From assembly GCA_964576615.1 (NCBI GenBank), contig CAZNUU010000004.1, positions 4,663 through 68,662 on the forward strand: 64,000 bases of DNA, written 5' to 3'. Positions 8,921 through 18,748 of the stretch are shown one piece after another (within the stretch, counting starts at the first letter, position 1; each line of letters begins with the position of its first letter). Position numbers and translations under genes: made by a program. The notes under the pieces are model-generated. The model was given only the letters and a program-made list of their open reading frames with translations, was not told the origin of the DNA and did not search any database. The stretch is from an uncultured Candidatus Saccharibacteria bacterium (GTDB lineage: Bacteria; Patescibacteriota; Minisyncoccia; Phycocordibacterales; DATDWN01).

Positions 8921-9817
8921 CTACTTTTGGCAATTCGGACAATAAACTGTTGTGCGCCCAGCAATTTTCGTCTCACTTAAAACATGTCCACACCTAAGGC
9001 ATTTTTCACCGCCCCGGCCATAAACTTTGTGCTCTCTCGCATAGTTACCCAAGCTTTCATCTAATAGACGGTAAGTTGCAACTGATGAGCCGCCGACTAA
9101 AATTGCCCTTTTTATTATTCTTAAAATTGCGGTATGGAGTCTTGCTGTCTCTTCACTTTTTAAGCTTCGGGCAACTCGATCTGGTCTGATTTTTGCCTCA
9201 AACAGGCTTTCATCCGTGTAGATATTGCCTAAACCTACCACCACACTCTGTCCCATGAGTACAGATTTTATTTTATCAGTGCTGCCTCCGAGAGATTTTT
9301 CGAAATAGCTTAACGTAAATTTCTTGTCTAATGGCTCTATACCAAGTGAGTCAAAATGATTTGTTTTCTCTAGATCTAGAAAAGATGGGTAGTAAAGCAA
9401 GTAGCCGAACATGCGCGTATCATTATAATAAAGTGTGCCTTTCTCAAGGTTGAAAATAACATGAGAGTGCTTGTTAGGCAGGATGCTTTCTGAAATTTCT
9501 ATAGGGTGTCCACCAACTACTTTTGTTTTGTCTTTTCCTTTATACACAAATTGGCCAGACATTTTAAGGTGAACAAGAAGTACTTTTCCGCTTCTGAATT
9601 TAATAATTAAATTTTTTGCTCTTCTTTCTATGGAATCGAACTCTTCTCCCTTAAGTTCCTTTTCAAACTCTATAACTTTTTTAGAGGATGAAGTACGGAT
9701 GTTGCCTTTACCAGAAACTAGTTTGGGTTTTCGAACATTAACGGACAGAATTTTTTGCCCAACAATATTTTTTTCAAGACCTCGCTTTAGATTTTCTACT
9801 TCAGGCAGCTCTGGCAT
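8921..9817 (-). CDS. mutM: Formamidopyrimidine-DNA glycosylase.
   Basis: The N-terminus is MPELPEVE. The C-terminal zinc finger reads CLRCG...CPNCQ. Confidence 0.9.
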   Translation of the reverse strand: MPELPEVENLKRGLEKNIVGQKILSVNVRKPKLVSGKGNIRTSSSKKVIEFEKELKGEEFDSIERRAKNLIIKFRSGKVLLVHLKMSGQFVYKGKDKTKVVGGHPIEISESILPNKHSHVIFNLEKGTLYYNDTRMFGYLLYYPSFLDLEKTNHFDSLGIEPLDKKFTLSYFEKSLGGSTDKIKSVLMGQSVVVGLGNIYTDESLFEAKIRPDRVARSLKSEETARLHTAILRIIKRAILVGGSSVATYRLLDESLGNYAREHKVYGRGGEKCLRCGHVLSETKIAGRTTVYCPNCQK

Positions 9818-10368
9818 TATGAAAGCAACTTTAATGCCTTTTTGACTTTTTCGCCAGTGTCCTTAACATCAGAGGCTTTTTTGAGTGCTTCTCTTGATTC
9901 TTGTTCACTGTAGCCGAGAGACTTAAGGGCTTCTAGAGCGTCGATATCACCAGAGAGGGAATGAGTTTCACCGGAGAGATCTTGGATTTTATCTTTTAAT
10001 TCTAAGACGATTTTTTCAGCATTCTTTTTACCAATGCCAGAAACCTTAGTTAAATGTCCTGTATCACCAGTTGCAATTGCTTTGCGCAAGTTGGAAAGGG
10101 AAGCCATTGAGAGTATTGCTATAGCTGACTTGGGTCCTATACCCGAGACGGAGAGAAGAAGTTCAAAGAAATCCAGTTCTTCTTTTTTAGAAAAACCGTA
10201 TAAATCTAGAGCATTTTCTTTTACGGCCAAATGTGTCCAAAATTCTGTATCTTTGCCTTTATTTAGACTGGCTGTTTTTGTATAAATCTTGTAGCCAATT
10301 CCAGAGACATCTAAAACAACTGATTTCAAATCCTTTTCAATGATTTTACCTTTGAGATAGCTGATCAT
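9817..10368 (-). CDS. ruvA: Holliday junction DNA helicase subunit RuvA.
   Basis: The helix-hairpin-helix repeats (LLSVSGIGPKSA, KVSGIGKKNAEKI) are present. The domain III tail is also present. Confidence 0.85.
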   Translation of the reverse strand: MISYLKGKIIEKDLKSVVLDVSGIGYKIYTKTASLNKGKDTEFWTHLAVKENALDLYGFSKKEELDFFELLLSVSGIGPKSAIAILSMASLSNLRKAIATGDTGHLTKVSGIGKKNAEKIVLELKDKIQDLSGETHSLSGDIDALEALKSLGYSEQESREALKKASDVKDTGEKVKKALKLLS

Positions 10369-10407
10369 GTGTGTATATGATACCAGTTTATAACGTTATT
10401 AATAAAA

Positions 10408-10436
10408 TTGACATTTATTCTAGGGTGGGGTTACAT
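10408..10436 (+). promoter_or_regulatory. Promoter of cassette C: TTGACA, a 17-nt spacer, then TTACAT.
   Basis: TTGACA lies at 10408-10413 and TTACAT at 10431-10436. GGGAGGTG lies at 10463-10470 before the ATG at 10476. Confidence 0.45.
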
Positions 10437-10475
10437 AAGCAATAGAAACCAGCAACATGCTGGGGAGGTGACGAC

Positions 10476-10982
10476 ATGCACAGGTTGTTATTGAAGTTCG
10501 CGATCTCAGTTGTTCTTGTCACTTTGTCAGGGTGGATCCTGTCGCTCTATTTCAGACCTGGGGTCCAGCCAAAGATGGAGGTTTTTACAAGAGGTGCTTC
10601 GGACATCTGGTTCGTGGCGCCGACCTGGGGCAATCCTCAGGTTTGCACCTGGTTTGATCGTGGTGACTTCCTGAAAATTGCCCATGGGCCGGTTGCAGTT
10701 ACCGGGCCAAGCGAAGACAATAAAATTTCGCTGCATGCCATCGATCGAAATGTGTGTCATGCCTGGACACCGGCCATTTCTCAAGAGGGCGATTTCGGTT
10801 ACGTAATCTCGGGAGTGGTCGTGACTACAGATTCAATCTCAGTCACTACTAGCAGAAGTTTCGCCCTTGTGTGGCTGTCTGCGTTCGTCTTTGTTGTCGC
10901 TCTCGGGTTCTTTTTGGCTTTTCTTGTGCAGCTGGTCGAGTATTTTCGTTATCGACCCAAATTGGCTGAGCCGGCCAACTAA
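10476..10982 (+). CDS. Membrane protein with N- and C-terminal TM segments, with elevated GC (cassette C).
   Basis: 168 aa. It has its own promoter, a strong SD and a terminator. Confidence 0.5.
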   Translation: MHRLLLKFAISVVLVTLSGWILSLYFRPGVQPKMEVFTRGASDIWFVAPTWGNPQVCTWFDRGDFLKIAHGPVAVTGPSEDNKISLHAIDRNVCHAWTPAISQEGDFGYVISGVVVTTDSISVTTSRSFALVWLSAFVFVVALGFFLAFLVQLVEYFRYRPKLAEPAN

Positions 10983-10989
10983 CCTACCC

Positions 10990-11027
10990 AGAGCCTTCGT
11001 GTGTAGCACGAAGGCTCTTTGCTTTTA
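10990..11027 (+). terminator. Hairpin followed by a T-run.
   Basis: gagccttcgtg-tgtag-cacgaaggctc, followed by tttgctttt. Confidence 0.6.
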
Positions 11028-11071
11028 TGTTGAGATTGATTTATTTTTTCAAATAGGATAGTATCGAAGCC

Positions 11072-11335
11072 ATGCCAATTACCACATCTGCTAAAAAAGC
11101 ACTCCGAGTTTCGCACAAAAAGCGAGTTTTTAATAATGCAAAAAAGGACCTCATCAACAAAACTATCAAGCAATTCAAAAAGCTTGTTTCAGAGAAGAAA
11201 ATAAAAGAGGCTAAGGAACAAATCAAGAATGTTCAAAAAGTTTTAGATAAATCAGTTAAAACTGGACTTATAAAATTAAATACAGCAGCAAGAAAGAAAT
11301 CGAGGTTAGTTAAAATGCTTAAGAAACTAGGTTAA
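11072..11335 (+). CDS. rpsT: 30S ribosomal protein S20.
   Basis: The N-terminus is MPITTSAKKALR and the C-terminus is TAARKKSRL. A TTGATT-N17-TAGTAT promoter lies upstream. Confidence 0.8.
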   Translation: MPITTSAKKALRVSHKKRVFNNAKKDLINKTIKQFKKLVSEKKIKEAKEQIKNVQKVLDKSVKTGLIKLNTAARKKSRLVKMLKKLG

Positions 11336-11336
11336 A

Positions 11337-11411
11337 TGGTGCTCCCGGCAGGAATCGAACCCACATTACAACCTCCGCAAGGTTGCGTCCTATCCATTGA
11401 ACGACGAGAGC
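11337..11411 (-). tRNA. tRNA-Arg, anticodon read as GCG. CCA is encoded.
   Basis: The cloverleaf has the acceptor stem GCTCTCG/CGGGAGC. The anticodon stem is CAACC/GGTTG with loop TTGCGGA. G37 is consistent with a CGN reader. A G34 anticodon is unusual for Arg. Confidence 0.65.
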
Positions 11412-11425
11412 TTGGCTTTACATTA

Positions 11426-11881
11426 TCAGAATCCCAAATAAAGCAAAACTTTTTCCAAAAAAGGTTCACGATGTTCCTCTTCTGGTAGGTATTGGCTTAG
11501 AAAAGTCTGGACCTCATCTGGTTTAACCTCTTCAATAAAAATTGTAATCAGGTGCATCACAAGTTTCTTTGATTTGATCAGAATTCTGGGATGAAATTCT
11601 CTTGTCTCAACCCAAAAGGATTCCAAACTGGAATAAGGATAAAGTGTTTTATTGATCATGATACCTCCTTCATTTAATTCTACTGCTATTACATGTGGTC
11701 TTCTGGATGCAAACAGAGCTAAGGTAAAAGAAGAGACAAGAATTAAAATTGCGAAAATCACATTGTTTAAAATAATAGAAATAATAGCTATTGAAACAGT
11801 TACAATTCCAACTATCCAATACCAGTCGGCTGTTTTTTCCGTATGAAAATACTCAACAGTCTCCCAGGATAATTTTTTCAT
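11426..11881 (-). CDS. Hypothetical membrane protein.
   Basis: Two TM segments near the N-terminus. No recognisable motif. Confidence 0.45.
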   Translation of the reverse strand: MKKLSWETVEYFHTEKTADWYWIVGIVTVSIAIISIILNNVIFAILILVSSFTLALFASRRPHVIAVELNEGGIMINKTLYPYSSLESFWVETREFHPRILIKSKKLVMHLITIFIEEVKPDEVQTFLSQYLPEEEHREPFLEKVLLYLGF

Positions 11882-11884
11882 AAG

Positions 11885-12328
11885 TTAGATTTGAGGGAGG
11901 TCGACTGGTCTTTTTGGCGACTCTATCGAGGCCCAAATAGTTAATGCACAGGCGATTAGTGCGATATTTTTTATTATGTACTGACCTTCTAGTGTCGGGA
12001 CCAGAAACTTTACCCAAACTTCTGACATAATAAAAATTGGTAGAACCGTTGTAATTATATGAATGAAAAACAAAATTAGTGCGTACTTTTCCTTCCCCGG
12101 TATTACAAACAGTATACCAATCAGCATTTCAAAAAGACCAAATAAAACAATAAAGGAGCTAAAGGGAAAGAACGGCATTGTTTTGGAAAGTAGGTGCTGA
12201 ATTAACTCTTTTAACTCGGGATTTGCTAGACCGATAACTTTTATTAGTCCAAACCAAAAATAGATTAAAAACAAGGAAACTCTTGATAAAAGAACAGAAT
12301 ATTGTCGAATGTTCATTCTCTGGTTCAT
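11885..12328 (-). CDS. Hypothetical multi-pass membrane protein. The start is probably an internal Met, to avoid overlapping the divergent DedA gene.
   Basis: A hydrophobic profile. Using the longest ORF would overlap the start of 12364. Confidence 0.4.
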   Translation of the reverse strand: MNQRMNIRQYSVLLSRVSLFLIYFWFGLIKVIGLANPELKELIQHLLSKTMPFFPFSSFIVLFGLFEMLIGILFVIPGKEKYALILFFIHIITTVLPIFIMSEVWVKFLVPTLEGQYIIKNIALIACALTIWASIESPKRPVDLPQI

Positions 12329-12363
12329 ATCATAATAATAACATCTCATGATAAAATAGGTAT

Positions 12364-12969
12364 ATGTCAGGATCTGTAGTTTCTCTTTTGCAGTATTATA
12401 AATACCCGATAATTTTTCCACTAGCTACTTTTGAGGGTCCGGTAGTTTCTCTGGCGGTCGGTTTCTTGGTTAGAGTCGGGGTATTTAAATTTTTACTGGC
12501 GTACCTTGTTATGATTACAGGAGACATTATCCCTGACAGCTTGTTTTATTTTATCGGTTATTATGGCAATGAGGCAAAAGTTGCCAAGAAGTATTTATCT
12601 AAATCTAAATTTTTTTCAAATCACTTTCCTGCAGTAGAGAGACTTTGGCTTGAGCATCCAGTAAAAATAATGTTTTTTGGTAAGCTGGCTTATGGTATGG
12701 CACTGCCTTTTTTAATCACAGCAGGAATGACCAAGATTCCGTATAAAAGATTTATAAAAATCGCTTTTCCTATTACACTTCTACAGTATTTTGTTCTAAT
12801 GGTGGTGGGGTATTACTTAGGATCTTTATATGGGGGAGCCACAAAATATGTTGAGTGGTTTTATTTCGTCTTTGCATTAGTCGTTGTTGTATTCATGTTG
12901 GTTTATCTAGTCAAATTTGCTAGGAGAAATATTGCCAAAATAGAAAAAGAGGCGGAGTTAGGGAAATAA
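12364..12969 (+). CDS. DedA / SNARE-associated family membrane protein.
   Basis: FEGPVVSLAVGFL ... ITGDIIPDSLFYFIGYYG matches the DedA signature. Confidence 0.65.
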   Translation: MSGSVVSLLQYYKYPIIFPLATFEGPVVSLAVGFLVRVGVFKFLLAYLVMITGDIIPDSLFYFIGYYGNEAKVAKKYLSKSKFFSNHFPAVERLWLEHPVKIMFFGKLAYGMALPFLITAGMTKIPYKRFIKIAFPITLLQYFVLMVVGYYLGSLYGGATKYVEWFYFVFALVVVVFMLVYLVKFARRNIAKIEKEAELGK

Positions 12970-12970
12970 C

Positions 12971-14380
12971 ATGAGTAAAAAAATATCCTGCATAATCCCG
13001 GCCTACAACGAAGAAAAAAGTATCGCAAAAGTTCTCTCTGTTGCTGGTTCCCTCCTTGGTTCACATATCTACGAAATAATCGTCATAGATGATAAATCAA
13101 AAGACAATACAAAAAAAATTGTTAAGACTTTCTCCCAAGTAAAATTAATTGAAAATCCAATAAACCAAGGTAAGAGTAAAAGTGTGGCGAATGCAATAAA
13201 ACAGTCACAAGGTGATTATATTTTCCTACTCGATGCAGACTTACTTTTTCTTAACCAAGAAAATATTAAAAATTTAATTGAGCCTATTATGTCCGGAGTA
13301 GCTGATGTAACAATAAGCTATAGAAAAAATGCGTGGCCACTTTTTCCATTTAAAGACATAGATTATTGTTCGGGCGAGAGAGTTTTTCCTAAAAAATATG
13401 TCACTCCTTTTTTAGATGCTATGTCGCGTTTACCGAGCTATGGGTTGGAGGTTTTTATCAATAGAAACATTATCATTTTAAATAAACTTCGTTTATTAGT
13501 AGTGAAATGGCCAAATGTTGAAAACGATTTTCATCACAAGAAAAAGAGTTTATTCGCTGGGATTTATGCAACATTAAGAATTTGGTTTCAGGTAATTAAG
13601 AGTTCGTCAATAATTGAAATTTATACTCAAAACATAATGATGAAGGGGCTCATGGTTAAGGAAAACAGATACAAGATAAGTCTTGTTATCTGTGCTCACA
13701 ATGAAGAAAATTATATTGCTCAATGTTTGGAGTATGTCTTAAAAAATTCTCACGGCAAATTTAATGAAATAATTGTTGTAAACAATGCCAGCACAGATAA
13801 AACAAAAGAGATTGCGGAGAAATACCCGGTTCGGGTCCTCGATGAGCCAAACAAGGGTCAGGTACGTGCGCGCCAGAGAAGTGTTGGAGAAGCCGGAGGA
13901 GATTTAATTGCATATATTGATGCGGACACTCGTATGCCTGAAAACTGGGTTGACTCTGCTATTTTTGAATTCGAAAAAGACAAAGACCTAGCTCTTTTAA
14001 GTGGTCCTTATATTTACTATGAATTCTCAAGTTGGGAGAATTTCCTAACGAAAATTTATTGGTATGTATTTGCTTACCCTACCTATTTATTTGTCGGTTA
14101 TATGGCGGTGGGAGGAAATTTTGTGATTAGAAAAGATGTATTAGATAAAATGAATGGTTTTGACACTAGCATTGAATTTTGGGGAGAAGATACAAATATT
14201 GCAAAAAGAGCCAGCCAATTCGGTAAGGTTAAGTTTAGTTTGCGTTTTTATATGTTGTCATCAGCTCGGCGCCTCAGACAATCTGGAATATTGAAAACAG
14301 CAGGGAATTATGTGGTAAACTTTCTAAGCCAGGTTTTTTTGAAAAAATCTGCCATGTCTTCCTATGAAGATATAAGATAG
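12971..14380 (+). CDS. Glycosyltransferase with two tandem family-2 (GT2) domains.
   Basis: The first domain has ISCIIPAYNEEKSI...VIDDKSKDNT. The second has SLVICAHNEENYI...VVNNASTDKT and DADTR. Confidence 0.7.
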   Translation: MSKKISCIIPAYNEEKSIAKVLSVAGSLLGSHIYEIIVIDDKSKDNTKKIVKTFSQVKLIENPINQGKSKSVANAIKQSQGDYIFLLDADLLFLNQENIKNLIEPIMSGVADVTISYRKNAWPLFPFKDIDYCSGERVFPKKYVTPFLDAMSRLPSYGLEVFINRNIIILNKLRLLVVKWPNVENDFHHKKKSLFAGIYATLRIWFQVIKSSSIIEIYTQNIMMKGLMVKENRYKISLVICAHNEENYIAQCLEYVLKNSHGKFNEIIVVNNASTDKTKEIAEKYPVRVLDEPNKGQVRARQRSVGEAGGDLIAYIDADTRMPENWVDSAIFEFEKDKDLALLSGPYIYYEFSSWENFLTKIYWYVFAYPTYLFVGYMAVGGNFVIRKDVLDKMNGFDTSIEFWGEDTNIAKRASQFGKVKFSLRFYMLSSARRLRQSGILKTAGNYVVNFLSQVFLKKSAMSSYEDIR

Positions 14381-14382
14381 AA

Positions 14383-15030
14383 ATGAAAGCCTTAGTAATA
14401 AAACATAAAAATTTATGGAACAACAGAACTTTTGTTGTTTCGGTTTCAGTATCCTTACTTCTTTTAATCATTAGTTTTTGTGTAAATTATGTTGCAGTCA
14501 AGGTTGCCACAGAAGACATAGGGAATTCTACAACCGATATTCTCCTCGATAACCTCCCTGTCGTTAATACTGATTTTATTGTGAGCGAAGGCGCGGCTAT
14601 TTTCACAGCCTTTATTGTATTTCTATGCATATTTGACCCAAAGATTATCCCTTTTTTGATTAAAAGCATTGCACTTTTTATTTTTATAAGGGCACTTTTT
14701 GTAGTAATGACCCATTTGGCTCCATTTCCAAACCACATCAATGCGGATTATAGCAATTTGAAGTATATAAGCTCTGGATCAGATTTATTTTTTTCAGGTC
14801 ATACCGGCATGCCTTTTTTACTCAGTTTAATTTTCTGGGATCATAAATTACTTCGATATGTTTTTCTCGCGATTTCGATCATTGCAGCCGTAGGAGTTAT
14901 TCTTGGACATCTACATTACACTATCGACGTTTTTTCAGCCTTTTTTATCACTTTTGGGATATACCATATGGTTTTGAAATTTTTCACAAAAGATTACAGA
15001 CTCTTTCTTCATGGTCCGGAAACCAACTAG
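14383..15030 (+). CDS. PAP2-family membrane phosphatase.
   Basis: The motifs SGHTG and GHLHYTIDV are the PAP2 signature. Confidence 0.55.
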   Translation: MKALVIKHKNLWNNRTFVVSVSVSLLLLIISFCVNYVAVKVATEDIGNSTTDILLDNLPVVNTDFIVSEGAAIFTAFIVFLCIFDPKIIPFLIKSIALFIFIRALFVVMTHLAPFPNHINADYSNLKYISSGSDLFFSGHTGMPFLLSLIFWDHKLLRYVFLAISIIAAVGVILGHLHYTIDVFSAFFITFGIYHMVLKFFTKDYRLFLHGPETN

Positions 15031-15031
15031 C

Positions 15032-15967
15032 TTATTTATAGTTTGAAAGAATATTTTTTACCGAATTGATTGGTATGGAAAAGCTAATACTATTTCCACC
15101 CTGGACTGTGGCCACATTTATTCCAACTATATCTCCGTTTAAATCAATAAGTGGACCGCCTGAATTTCCTGGATTGATCGCAGCATCTGTTTGAATAATA
15201 TTGGACAATGTCTCCGATTTGCCGGTTTCATCTTGGGCGGTGATACTTCTGTTTAGGCCAGAGACGATTCCAACAGAAACTGAATTGTCATATTCACCCA
15301 AAGCATTACCAATTGCCGCAACTGTTTGTCCAAGTTTTAGGCCGGAGGAGTCTCCAATTGATCCGATTGTTTTGTAACTTCCATCAATTTTTATTATGGC
15401 AATATCGTTATTTAAATCTCTGTATATGACTTTTGCTGTTTTTTGACTACCATTTGAAAGGAGAACAGTATATTGGGCCGAGGAGTCAAAGATGACATGT
15501 TTGTTAGTTACGATATATCCATCTTGTCTAAAAAGTATTCCCGTGCCAGCCCCGACCTTTTTAAGTGTGTTGCCGGTTTGGCGGTAAACTGGAATTCGGA
15601 AACCAGGGTCGGGTAAAGAAGGGTCGTCGCCAAATGGATTAACGTAAGCTACTTCGTATTGTGGTGCATATTGAGATATGACAATTGATACAACTGCTGG
15701 AGCAGTTTTTGCTACAGCCGAAGTCAGGAGCTGGTCTTGTGATTTTTGCACAACCTGTTTTCGATTCAGGAGTTCCTGGGCAGAAATCGCTGCAGCAAAA
15801 CTTCTCGAGCTAGATGCCAGAGACATCGTTTGGTTTTGTAGATTGCCAATTTCTCTTTGAAGCGTCAGGACTTTAGAGTTGAAAGACTGATTCTGTTTGA
15901 TATTCCAAAATACCTGAGTAGCCAGAGCAAGGACAAGAATAAATATAAATCCAATGGTTCTTTTCAT
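15032..15967 (-). CDS. Trypsin-like serine protease (HtrA/DegP-like S1C). It has no obvious PDZ domain.
   Basis: The motifs GNSGGPL, TNKHV and DIAIIKI are present. There is an N-terminal signal/anchor. Confidence 0.75.
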   Translation of the reverse strand: MKRTIGFIFILVLALATQVFWNIKQNQSFNSKVLTLQREIGNLQNQTMSLASSSRSFAAAISAQELLNRKQVVQKSQDQLLTSAVAKTAPAVVSIVISQYAPQYEVAYVNPFGDDPSLPDPGFRIPVYRQTGNTLKKVGAGTGILFRQDGYIVTNKHVIFDSSAQYTVLLSNGSQKTAKVIYRDLNNDIAIIKIDGSYKTIGSIGDSSGLKLGQTVAAIGNALGEYDNSVSVGIVSGLNRSITAQDETGKSETLSNIIQTDAAINPGNSGGPLIDLNGDIVGINVATVQGGNSISFSIPINSVKNILSNYK

Positions 15968-16032
15968 ACAATATTAATACGAAATATGGAGGGAAAAGTT
16001 CCCGATATTATAACACGTAGGTGGGGAAATTG

Positions 16033-16117
16033 CGGAGGCGGTGAGATTCGAACTCACGGTACCTTGCGGCACTCCCGTTTTCAAGACGGGTGCACTCGAC
16101 CACTATGCGACGCCTCC
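16033..16117 (-). tRNA. tRNA-Ser, anticodon UGA.
   Basis: The acceptor stem is GGAGGCG/CGCCTCC. The anticodon loop is CTTGAAA. There is a long variable arm. The T-arm is GTGAG-TTCGAAT-CTCAC. Confidence 0.8.
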
Positions 16118-16121
16118 AGTA

Positions 16122-16343
16122 TTACTTACTTTCTATTGTCTCTACAGTATACTTTTTAGCCACAAAGTATATGTAGATGATCTCTAAAATACCTAATGTG
16201 TTTATGATTAGCAAGGCGACAAACCATTTCTTGTGAGAGAGTCTAGCTGCTTTCCAAAGTGCCCAACCCTTCCAAGGCAGTGTCCAAAGGACAACAAGGG
16301 CGATGAGCCAAGCCGGAATGTTACTAAATGTATCTGGCGACAT
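16122..16343 (-). CDS. Small two-TM membrane protein.
   Basis: 73 aa. It carries a WKGWALWKAA motif. Confidence 0.45.
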   Translation of the reverse strand: MSPDTFSNIPAWLIALVVLWTLPWKGWALWKAARLSHKKWFVALLIINTLGILEIIYIYFVAKKYTVETIESK

Positions 16344-16407
16344 AATTAACTTATTTTAATTTACTTATTAATAGTAGCAAAAAACAGAAAAATGTTAAGA
16401 TAACCTA

Positions 16408-16809
16408 ATGAAGTATTTAGGCATTGACTATGGAGAAAAAAGAGTTGGCATAGCCATATCAGATGAGGAAGGAAAGTTAGCTTTCCCCTTTTCTGTCTCA
16501 GAAAACTCGGAGAAACTTATTTCTCAAATAGTTAATATATGTACTGAGAATAATATCTCGGAAATAATTGTGGGGGAGTCGAAAGATTTTATGCAAAATG
16601 AAAATACTATAATGGAGGAAATAAAAAAATTTGCGGAAGATCTAGGGAAAGAAATCAAGCTACCAATCCGTCTTCATCCTGAGTTTATGACTTCGGTCGA
16701 GGCGGAGAGAATCCAGGGTAAAAACGAAATGCTCGATGCTTCTGCTGCCGCTTTAATTTTAAGGCACTATTTAGATACAATTAATAACAAAAATAGTGAA
16801 AATGTATGA
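16408..16809 (+). CDS. ruvX: Putative Holliday junction resolvase / pre-16S rRNA nuclease YqgF.
   Basis: The N-terminus is MKYLGIDYGEKRVGIAISD. It is RNase H-like, 133 aa. Confidence 0.75.
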   Translation: MKYLGIDYGEKRVGIAISDEEGKLAFPFSVSENSEKLISQIVNICTENNISEIIVGESKDFMQNENTIMEEIKKFAEDLGKEIKLPIRLHPEFMTSVEAERIQGKNEMLDASAAALILRHYLDTINNKNSENV

Positions 16810-17195
16810 TTTCAATTGAAGATTTCAAAAAATTGGAAATAAAAATAGGGGAAATAAAAAGTGCTGAAAAAGTTCCTGAGACTGACAAATTACTCAAACT
16901 CTCCGTAGATTTTGGGCTAAAATCGCAAGGCGATTCGCCCGATCAGAACAGTAGTTCTGGTTTAGGGGAGAGAGAAATAAGACAGATTATTTCTGGGATA
17001 AGTGAGTTTTTCCCAGAACTAGAGAAACTAATTGGTAAGAAGTGTGCTTTTGCCTATAATCTCGAGCCGAGGACAATAAGAGGACTAGAGAGCCAGGGTA
17101 TGATTCTCGCAGTAAATGGTGGGGAGGGTGAAGAGAAATTCTTCTCGCTTTTGGAAGTTAATCCCGAGACAAAATCTGGCAGTAAAGTGAAGTAG
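16806..17195 (+). CDS. tRNA-binding (EMAPII / CsaA-like) domain protein.
   Basis: The motifs LEIKIGEIKSAEKVPETDKLLKLSVDFG, ISGISEFF, GKKCAFAYNLEP and GMILAV are present. Its ATG overlaps the ruvX stop in an ATGA arrangement. Confidence 0.6.
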   Translation: MISIEDFKKLEIKIGEIKSAEKVPETDKLLKLSVDFGLKSQGDSPDQNSSSGLGEREIRQIISGISEFFPELEKLIGKKCAFAYNLEPRTIRGLESQGMILAVNGGEGEEKFFSLLEVNPETKSGSKVK

Positions 17196-17239
17196 TTTTA
17201 CCTGTTTTTTTGGCTTCGCCTTGGTATAATTAAGCAAGT

Positions 17240-18205
17240 ATGTTTAATAAAATACTAGAGGCATTCCCACCGCCCAGGTTTTTAAGTTTGCCATTTTCGG
17301 GAGTTGCAATTTCTGACTCGGCTGTGAGATGTATACAGTTCGGTAGGCGTCACGGGTCTTTATATATTGAAAAATATGCAGAAAAAAAACTGCCTCCAGG
17401 CGTTGTAATCTCTGGAGAGATAAATAACCCAGATGAACTTATAAACACACTATCTAGTCTTAAAAAAGAGCTTAATTTAAATTATGTTCGGGTTTCCCTG
17501 CCAGAAGAGAGGGCCTACCTTTTCACTGCCAAGATTCCAATTGTGAAACAGAAGGAAGTTCGAAGTGCGATTGAGTCGAAAATGGAAGAAAATGTGCCGG
17601 TTTCTCCTACGGAATTAACTTATGACTACAAGCTATTTCATCATAAACAAAAACAACATTTAGACATTGTAGTATCCTGTCTACCAGTTAAGTTTATCGA
17701 TAATTATGTGGAAATAATAAAAAAAGCTGGTCTTTACCCGCTTTCACTGGAGATAGAATCTCAAGCAATTGTCAGGGCACTTCTGCCCCCAAATAGTTTT
17801 GGTACATCGCTCATCATACATTTCAATCCTGATAAAGTTGGCCTTTACGTCGAAAGTTTTGGGGTTGTAAGGTTTACCTCGACAATTCCACTAAAGGGGG
17901 AGTTGGCTACGGATCCGAATTTTCTTTCAGCAGAGATAAAAAAACTTTTTGTTTATTGGCATACCTTGAAAGAAAATATCGATAAGCCCGACAACAAAAT
18001 AACTAGAATCATTGCCTGTGGTGAGAATTTCGACGAGACGACGATTTCCTATCTCTCGGGCCACAATAAAACTGCAGCCTCGATTGGAAATGTCTGGATT
18101 AATGCTTTTAATATCGAAAAAAAACTGCCAGAAATTTCATTTAATGATTCACTAAAGTATACTGCAGCTGTTGGGCTTGCTCTTCCAACCGAGGCATTAA
18201 TATAA
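17240..18205 (+). CDS. pilM: Type IV pilus assembly protein PilM (actin-like ATPase).
   Basis: The length and position fit, and the sequence has PilM-like character. It is followed by PilN- and PilO-like genes. Confidence 0.6.
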   Translation: MFNKILEAFPPPRFLSLPFSGVAISDSAVRCIQFGRRHGSLYIEKYAEKKLPPGVVISGEINNPDELINTLSSLKKELNLNYVRVSLPEERAYLFTAKIPIVKQKEVRSAIESKMEENVPVSPTELTYDYKLFHHKQKQHLDIVVSCLPVKFIDNYVEIIKKAGLYPLSLEIESQAIVRALLPPNSFGTSLIIHFNPDKVGLYVESFGVVRFTSTIPLKGELATDPNFLSAEIKKLFVYWHTLKENIDKPDNKITRIIACGENFDETTISYLSGHNKTAASIGNVWINAFNIEKKLPEISFNDSLKYTAAVGLALPTEALI

Positions 18206-18208
18206 GCT

Positions 18209-18748
18209 ATGTTTAACGTACTTCCGGAAAATATAAAAAGAGAAATTAAGTCAAACTACAGGATGCGTTTGATAGTTGTGTGTCTGCTCATCATTATTGT
18301 AGTTCAGGTTTCTGCTTTAGTGTTCATGCTGCCTTCTTGGGTCAGTTCATACTATAGGCAAAAAGATGTCGCAAACAGAGCTGAAAAAATGAATCAAAAC
18401 TTGCCAGCCATTGATATGACGGCCATTGATTCAGAAATAAAATCGACCAACTTTAAATTAAAAATACTAACCTCAACCTTAGAATATCCAGAAATTATTC
18501 CGTATATTAACCTTATTTTAGAAAACAAGACTAACTCAATTAAATTAAATAGTCTTACTTATACTCTCCCAAATCAGTCTTCAGCCAAGTTTAACTTAAA
18601 CGGTGTAGCCGATTCTCGAGATGCTCTTCTAGCTTTTGTTAAAAATATTCAAAACACTGGAAAGTTTAAGGCGGTTGATCTGCCGATTTCGAACTTTGCT
18701 AAAGATAAGAATATTAGATTTTCACTTGATCTTACTATCAATTCATGA
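18209..18748 (+). CDS. pilN: PilN-like protein. It has one N-terminal TM segment and a periplasmic domain.
   Basis: The topology and its position in the operon. Confidence 0.5.
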   Translation: MFNVLPENIKREIKSNYRMRLIVVCLLIIIVVQVSALVFMLPSWVSSYYRQKDVANRAEKMNQNLPAIDMTAIDSEIKSTNFKLKILTSTLEYPEIIPYINLILENKTNSIKLNSLTYTLPNQSSAKFNLNGVADSRDALLAFVKNIQNTGKFKAVDLPISNFAKDKNIRFSLDLTINS

